In this document: one piece after another, positions 36,501 to 39,326 of the stretch
Layout: the number at the start of each line of letters is the position of its first letter
How positions within the stretch are numbered: the first letter of the stretch is position 1
Assembly: GCA_964526865.1 (NCBI GenBank)
Contig: CAZGMX010000001.1
Location: 1-39,326 of the forward strand
From: an uncultured Actinomycetota bacterium
GTDB lineage: Bacteria > Auribacterota > Ancaeobacteria > Ancaeobacterales > CAZGMX01
Length of the DNA stretch: 39,326 nucleotides
Direction: 5' to 3'
Notes under the pieces: generated by a model
The model's input: the letters and a program-made list of their open reading frames with translations, nothing else
The model's database searches: none
What the model was told of the DNA's origin: nothing
Position numbers and translations under genes: made by a program

Positions 36501-39326
36501 GTGGATCCCAAAACCAAAGAAGGTTTTGTGTATGTGGAAGGAAAGACTGCGGCGGGTTCCTACGTGGATATCTTTGACAACAAAGAAGGCGTCAAAGTCG
36601 CGTCGTTCAACGGGGTGACTCGCAGCCAGATCATCAGCTACAAGGAAGAAATCAACGAGGCAGGGCAGTTTGTGCAGGATGTTCAGATCAAGGTGGGGAC
36701 CACGACGATCACGACCCGTTATGTGGATCATCAGGAAGTGATGAGGGAAGAGAAAACCGCCACCACGACCACGCGATATCTCCAAAGCGGTGTCAAAGCG
36801 GTATTGGAGGCAGGAAAGATCACGGTGTTGGACAAAGACGGTGCCAAACTCATGGAAGGCATCAAAGGGGCGATGGACGACGTGACGGTGCAGGTCTTGG
36901 TGGCCGAAAATATTCTGGAGGTAAAGATTGCCAATGCCGGCGGGACCTACATCAAGAGAGTGGACCTTGCAAGCGGCACAACAACCGAGATCAGGGATGT
37001 GGGGGGAGTCAAGACGCAGATCGAAACCAATGCGGACGGCAGCACTGTCGAAACGGTTACAGATGCCAAGGGCACGGTAGAAATTTGCAAAGACAGCAAA
37101 GGAGAGATGACCCAAAAGACCACGACCAGTTCGGATGGACGAAAAGTGGTGGCGGAGGAATATGAACAAAAAGTTCTGACGACGACGACCACGACCTACC
37201 GCGATGAGGATAAAAATATATTGAGGACGGAAGTGACGACACATGGCGGCAAGACGACGACAGTGGAGTTTACCGAAGGGCCGGTTGCATCCAGAAAGAC
37301 AGAGACACAGCCCGACGGCAGTGTGATCGTGACGGAGACATCACGCGCCGGCGTAGAAACGAAGACCACCAAAGATGTGACCGGCCGGGTGGTGGCGGAA
37401 GTAATCACAGATTCCAAGGCCGGCATGATGACAAGCAGAACGTTTGAACCCTCCGGCGTGTGGACAGAAACGATTACAGATATATCGGATATAAATAATC
37501 AAAAAGTGACATCCAGGAGCCAGACAAATCCGCAGACGGGCATCCGTGATTTGACAAAGTACGCTGACGATTTGCCGCAGGAAGGTGTCAGGACAATAGA
37601 GGACTTAAAGACTGGTCTGGTTCTGCCTTTGAACAGTTCTGTGAATTTGGCCGATACCGGAACGATCACGGCGATCGCGGCGCCGGCGGAAGGAATCGTG
37701 GCCCTTCAATATATCAAAGACACCAGGACAGGCACTGTCTTGATCAATGCCCGAGGCCAGCAAGTGACATTGGAGAATGTGCGTGCGCAGGACATCCATC
37801 AGGACATCTTGCGGGAAGGCACAGTTGAAACGCCAATACTTGTCTTTAGCAAGAAGGTGATGGAAGGCACCGAGGAGAAGTGGAAGCTCTTCCAGGTGCC
37901 AATAAATGATTTGAGCAAATCGCCCGAAGAATTTGTCACAGCGACATTGCCGCCGGCAGAGCAGAACTTGTGGGTCTTAGATCCCGGGACAGGCGAATTG
38001 GTCAAGCTGTGGCCGGACTTATTGGCGCTGATAGATGTCGTGGGCGCAAAGAATCTGGGCAATGGGAAGGCGGCAGTGGTAATCAAGGTGGGCGAATCAG
38101 AAACCGGCGTAGTGATAGTCGATGTGGAAAAAGAAACGATATTAACCCCCGCACAAAATATTGCCTTGGCGGATATCCGCGCAGTCAAAGAGATCGGTGG
38201 AAGCGTCTATGTGGAAATGACAATCAACGGCATGAATCGTGTAGAGGAATACACCAACGCGACAAAGACGGCGCAATACGATGGTCTGACGAGTGCCGAG
38301 CTGGTGGACTTCCAGCCGATGCAAAACGGTACAGTCGCGCACGTCATTCGCAGTGGTAGAGAGATGACGATCGCGTTTGACCCGGATGGCCGGCAATTGG
38401 TGACGCTGGCAGGAACACAGACAGACATAGAAGGCGTAAAGAAGGCCGGCAATTACGTTGTAGTGGGCAGGGTTGGGCAGGCGGCACAACTGGAGGTGGA
38501 AGGTCCTCAGGGGACAACGATATTAAAGGGCTTTGACGGCACATGGTCAGAGATCGAGCAGATCACGGCCCAAGGCGCATTGATGCTTGTCCAGCGGGGG
38601 ACAGGGCTCACGGCTGTGACGAGTATATTTGATGAGGCTGGAAACAAGTGCTTTGAGACGATGGGAGAGGCAAAAGACATTGCAGGCATCAGCCGCGGGG
38701 TCTCTGATGCGGACAAGAAGGCCCAGACGGGAGAATTCCTGATCCAGAGAGGTACAAAGGAAGATGCGCAGACAGAGATCAGAGACAAAGACGGCAAGAT
38801 GATTCTCAGCGTTCAGGGCGAAGCGGCGTCGCTGGTATCCATGAACACCGCCCCAGGTAACATTATCGTGACGCGAAAGGTGGATGGCGCGGTAACTCAA
38901 GAAGTCTATGACACGCAAGTGCGAAGCGGCCAGGAATACGAAGAGGGCGGCCAGGCCGTAGGCAGATATCTGACGTTGAAGCCGGGCGAGGCGATAGACG
39001 CGCAAGAAAAGGCAAGACTGGAGCGGCTTGCACAGGCGGGCACGATAACGCAGGAGGCGAAACTGGCGCTATTGCTTTCAACGGACGCGGACGGCAATCC
39101 CATCCTGGATGCGGCCTCGGCACAGAAGGCCATCCAGGATCTGTCAACCGATACGGCAAAGGCGTATCTGGAGTCCCGCGGCTTGACTGCGCTCTTGGAA
39201 CAGGCCAAGACAGGGGTCGAGGCGCCCAAGAAGGCAAAAGAGGTGCTGGCCCAGTTGACCAAATTGGAAGGGGAACTGGAAGCGGTAAAAGGTGCGCCCA
39301 GCACCCTGGCCGGTGCATTAGACGCC
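1..39326 (+). CDS. Internal fragment of a single giant multidomain protein gene, open at both ends. Reading frame +3: first full codon 3-5, last codon 39324-39326, 13,108 codons in the window.
   Basis: Manual codon-by-codon translation of frame 3 across the whole window met no stop codon. The product reads as coherent protein throughout: repeat units, ordered SecA-type ATPase motifs, coiled-coil and TPR-like helices. No + ORF in the supplied track is in this frame; all listed starts are 1 or 2 mod 3. That is the expected result if frame 3 has no stop to delimit an ORF. All long - ORFs are in the exact antisense-codon frame. The window opens on the last two bases of a Tyr codon (..at of tat) that closes a preceding repeat unit. 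It ends inside a coiled-coil segment, so neither start nor stop is present. Confidence 0.94.
3528..3632 (+). repeat. Decayed 22nd repeat unit marking the C-terminal end of the array.
   Basis: TGNKKTKCITNGSTDGEAFASVELFDENPKGPSFY keeps the G-x-KKT...G-S-T-x-G-E-x-F skeleton of the units. It loses the YD..G.NV / SHQE half. Confidence 0.7.
3633..9830 (+). other. Domain-level region of the giant CDS: Tyr/Trp/Gly/Asp/Thr-rich, apparently beta-rich sequence with scattered degenerate YD-like hairpin motifs. No named family recognised.
   Basis: Example peptides: ETFYDTTGSRSKIGRT, TLYKTDARGERVRDT, TFYEKAEGRLQS, EYTFGKSDKDKVYTQKTEYVFGYPD, YSEGYRIRDIVDSATGGYDP, TYGASGVPQQGRQIEFDGENNRAYESYYQGGKKVLQTNYYTG. 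Aromatic content is high, and there are no long hydrophobic or heptad stretches. Confidence 0.45.
9830..11880 (+). other. Domain-level region: predominantly alpha-helical, with coiled-coil-like segments.
   Basis: AGYRAELEKLEQLRANQLTETEAIVERLDDYRDDIVDLFDD (10080-10200). LARRLGELQDRKQKATELKGELEDLSTELNAKKLAMAMNLERAY (about 10623-10755). The composition is Leu/Glu/Lys/Gln/Asp-rich, in contrast to the flanking beta-type sequence. Confidence 0.5.
11883..11972 (+). other. Candidate membrane helix / glycine-zipper hairpin 1.
   Basis: 30 consecutive uncharged residues, AAFSAGPLSTVWSGVWSGIGAAWNWGTGLI. They are flanked by EADQ on the N side and DKK on the C side. Confidence 0.4.
12051..12134 (+). other. 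Candidate transmembrane helix 2.
   Basis: 28 uncharged residues, GAAQLVASGLCSLAGAVVALVGNFISGG. They are preceded by RFLK and followed by HTWWDNPLTK. Confidence 0.45.
12378..12425 (+). other. Candidate short hydrophobic helix 3.
   Basis: IAFWSGAGLVITAMLA, 16 uncharged residues between E and RD. This is short for a full bilayer span. Confidence 0.3.
17040..18700 (+). other. Domain-level region: beta-solenoid-like sequence with short alternating polar / hydrophobic strands and frequent G / N / D turns.
   Basis: Example peptides: GKLSVVTDNLGRGLGVFEGKVRFVDVGANGRD; GVLRLKTAEGFVNIDTANGNTVRVEGGKIKVSMDSLVDEVEIKTGSLDVS; SIRVLSGVEGRAVLENGQIKVENARLKTDTVVDIRL; GGVEVGRGVVGKEGVIVRADKTG. Pattern recognition only. 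Confidence 0.3.
19698..19718 (+). other. Walker A / helicase motif I (GTGGGKT).
   Basis: Context is LLGETGLLGTGGGKTGVNIMAA, which matches GxxxxGK[ST]. Compare SecA ..TGEGKTL. Confidence 0.85.
20091..20120 (+). other. Walker B / DExD motif II (HLIIDEIDLL).
   Basis: A hydrophobic strand followed by D-E-I-D. Compare SecA VDEVDSILIDEA. Confidence 0.8.
20751..20858 (+). other. SecA-like pre-motif III plus motif III (TQASFIEFWQNI ... VSGTTGTG).
   Basis: Compare SecA QTLASITFQNYFR ... LAGMTGTA. It is followed by FGTPIALIEESTFDRSRLTD, compare VVVIPTNRP..R.D. Confidence 0.65.
21738..21899 (+). other. Helicase motifs V and VI, SecA flavour (TYNRNTLTGVDYRG ... NQTMGRVGREG ... RFLFVVES).
   Basis: Compare SecA TIATNMAGRGTDI.LG and IDNQLRGRSGRQGD.GSSRFYLS.ED. 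The N-Q, G-R-x-G-R-x-G, R-F and E positions all align. Confidence 0.75.
22900..26800 (+). other. Domain-level region: about 1,300 aa of Ala/Leu/Gln/Glu/Arg-rich, apparently all-alpha sequence with no family I can name.
   Basis: Example peptides: EERRLASAWSMLQGGYAGALQTHLVSLSGAMIPQGATQQEINTQIFVGLMNRGILDTAAAQ; MLHLVRLQQIRLQMREAMSTGQFAPAELAQGD; PTLRQIIEAMDIAKTLRSQREVGQSPTLAQLVDMSKRLGLD. There are no beta-type Thr / Tyr-rich patterns. Confidence 0.35.
26815..29085 (+). other. Long coiled-coil segment of about 750 aa.
   Basis: Continuous Ala/Glu/Gln/Leu/Lys/Arg-rich sequence with almost no Pro / Gly clusters or aromatics. Examples: LEQISRWEDTLRQQEADLAAVEGRQTREIATLLGEDLQTIERRAQLETARG; KIQELRAKVDQAQGVLDAGVRNATDRERLQKVVDQANAALKTLEDGLAKAMADV; RKKLEKTLSEAQAEQKNLTEQYEKAKSQTAAAVLKELEAQL. 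Confidence 0.7.
29301..29717 (+). other. TPR-like helical repeats, about 3-4 helix pairs.
   Basis: RIAVMLKNGQYAQAESAYQALLAQAPFDPTDRASVERTLNYAMALANQGKYEQAADAVKNLELC ... VTNLYNYALALARTGNLQLAAQVARKACGIAYLVEK. The spacing is the classic a-x-x-G-x-Y-x-x-A ... A-L pattern. Confidence 0.55.
30000..38900 (+). other. Domain-level region: about 2,900 aa of beta-rich sequence with recurring blade-like units. Each unit pairs a hydrophobic strand of type [IV]-x-A-[ILM]-x-x-G-x-[FYV]-A-[LV] with a [DN]-x-x-T-G turn. Possibly serial beta-propeller / PQQ-like blades.
   Basis: [DN]-x-x-[TA]-G-x-[hydrophobic] starts at codons 30153, 30522, 31047, 31677, 31800, 33111, 33531, 33864, 34431, 35178, 35316, 37719 and 37980, plus H-T-Q-T-G at 34302. 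Examples: IRDPHTGWILATL, VLDSATGAVLQTV, VMDSVTGQVVDI, MLDPATGKTVTL, VLDPGTGELVKLW. Strand motifs: VIALGNGRFALYAQN (30213), VSAMRDGVALVVCREN (30456), ISALGDGAFAYEKD (32766), ISAIAEGVYILTALN (36066), ITAIAAPAEGIVALQY (37665). Confidence 0.45.
36693..37490 (+). other. Second Thr-rich YD-like hairpin patch, non-tandem at the DNA level.
   Basis: VGTTTITTRYVDHQEVMREEKTATTTTRYLQSG ... TEIRDVGGVKTQIETNADGSTVETVTDAKGTVEICKDSKGEMTQKTTTSSDGRKVVAEEYEQKVLTTTTTTYRDEDKNILRTEVTTHGGKTTTVEFTEGPVASRKTETQPDGSVIVTETSRAGVETKTTKDVTGRVVAEVITDSKAGMMTSRTFEPSGVWTETITD. Confidence 0.45.

Noticed and set aside
35952-37244. The 430-aa minus-strand ORF.
   Set aside because: It lies in the same antisense-codon frame, opposite the Thr-rich beta region. 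It is Arg/Gly/His/Leu/Phe-rich with no motifs.
3358-38359. The short + strand ORFs in the track (60-129 aa), all in frames 1 or 2.
   Set aside because: They are out-of-frame overlaps of the giant ORF. Their translations are Arg/Gly/Lys/Pro-rich and low in complexity, for example RRRRPGKGRKPASRSRQPAR. I could recognise no upstream ribosome-binding context.
885-39318. All remaining minus-strand ORFs in the track (60-330 aa), including the Cys/Arg/His-rich set over 885-3421.
   Set aside because: They overlap the stop-free + frame throughout. Those over 885-3421 merely mirror the 168-bp coding repeat, with repeating CR.LM..H motifs. None shows protein-like composition or known motifs.
1-39326. 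A search for catalytic signatures (HExxH metalloprotease, lysozyme / transglycosylase, peptidase motifs), transposase / integrase genes, tRNA / rRNA, promoters, RBS and terminators.
   Set aside because: I read no HExxH or other convincing catalytic motif in the frame-3 translation. No non-coding interval exists in which regulatory or RNA features could be placed. By-eye scanning cannot exclude divergent enzymatic domains, so HMM and structure searches are needed.

Overview
The whole 39,326-nt window appears to be coding sequence for one uninterrupted + strand reading frame. This is frame 3, with codons at 3-5, 6-8 ... 39324-39326. I translated it by hand, codon by codon, and found 13,108 sense codons, no TAA/TAG/TGA and no assignable start. 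The supplied ORF track does not list this frame. Every + ORF in the track lies in frame 1 or 2, and the long - ORFs all sit in the codon-aligned antisense frame, so I read them as shadow ORFs. The window is therefore an internal slice of a giant gene (>39.3 kb, >13,108 aa) that runs off both edges. N to C, the architecture I can read is as follows. (1) At least 21 in-frame tandem copies of a 168-bp / 56-aa Thr-rich, YD-like double-hairpin repeat (1-3527), left-truncated by the window. (2) About 2,000 aa of Tyr/Trp/Gly/Asp-rich beta-type sequence with decayed YD-like motifs. (3) A helical / coiled-coil stretch. (4) A Gly/Trp/Ala-rich hydrophobic block with 2-3 candidate membrane helices (about 11.9-15.1 kb). 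(5) A beta-solenoid-like stretch. (6) A SecA-type DEAD motor ATPase with all core motifs in order (about 19.6-21.9 kb). (7) About 1,300 aa of helical sequence with no family I can name. (8) A coiled coil of about 750 aa followed by TPR-like helices. (9) About 2,900 aa of beta-rich sequence with a recurring [DN]-x-x-T-G blade-like motif and a second Thr-rich YD-like patch. I can support no rRNA, tRNA, CRISPR, transposase, promoter, terminator or intergenic DNA. GC is roughly 50-55% from spot counts only. All domain calls are by-eye motif reading, and no database search was possible.
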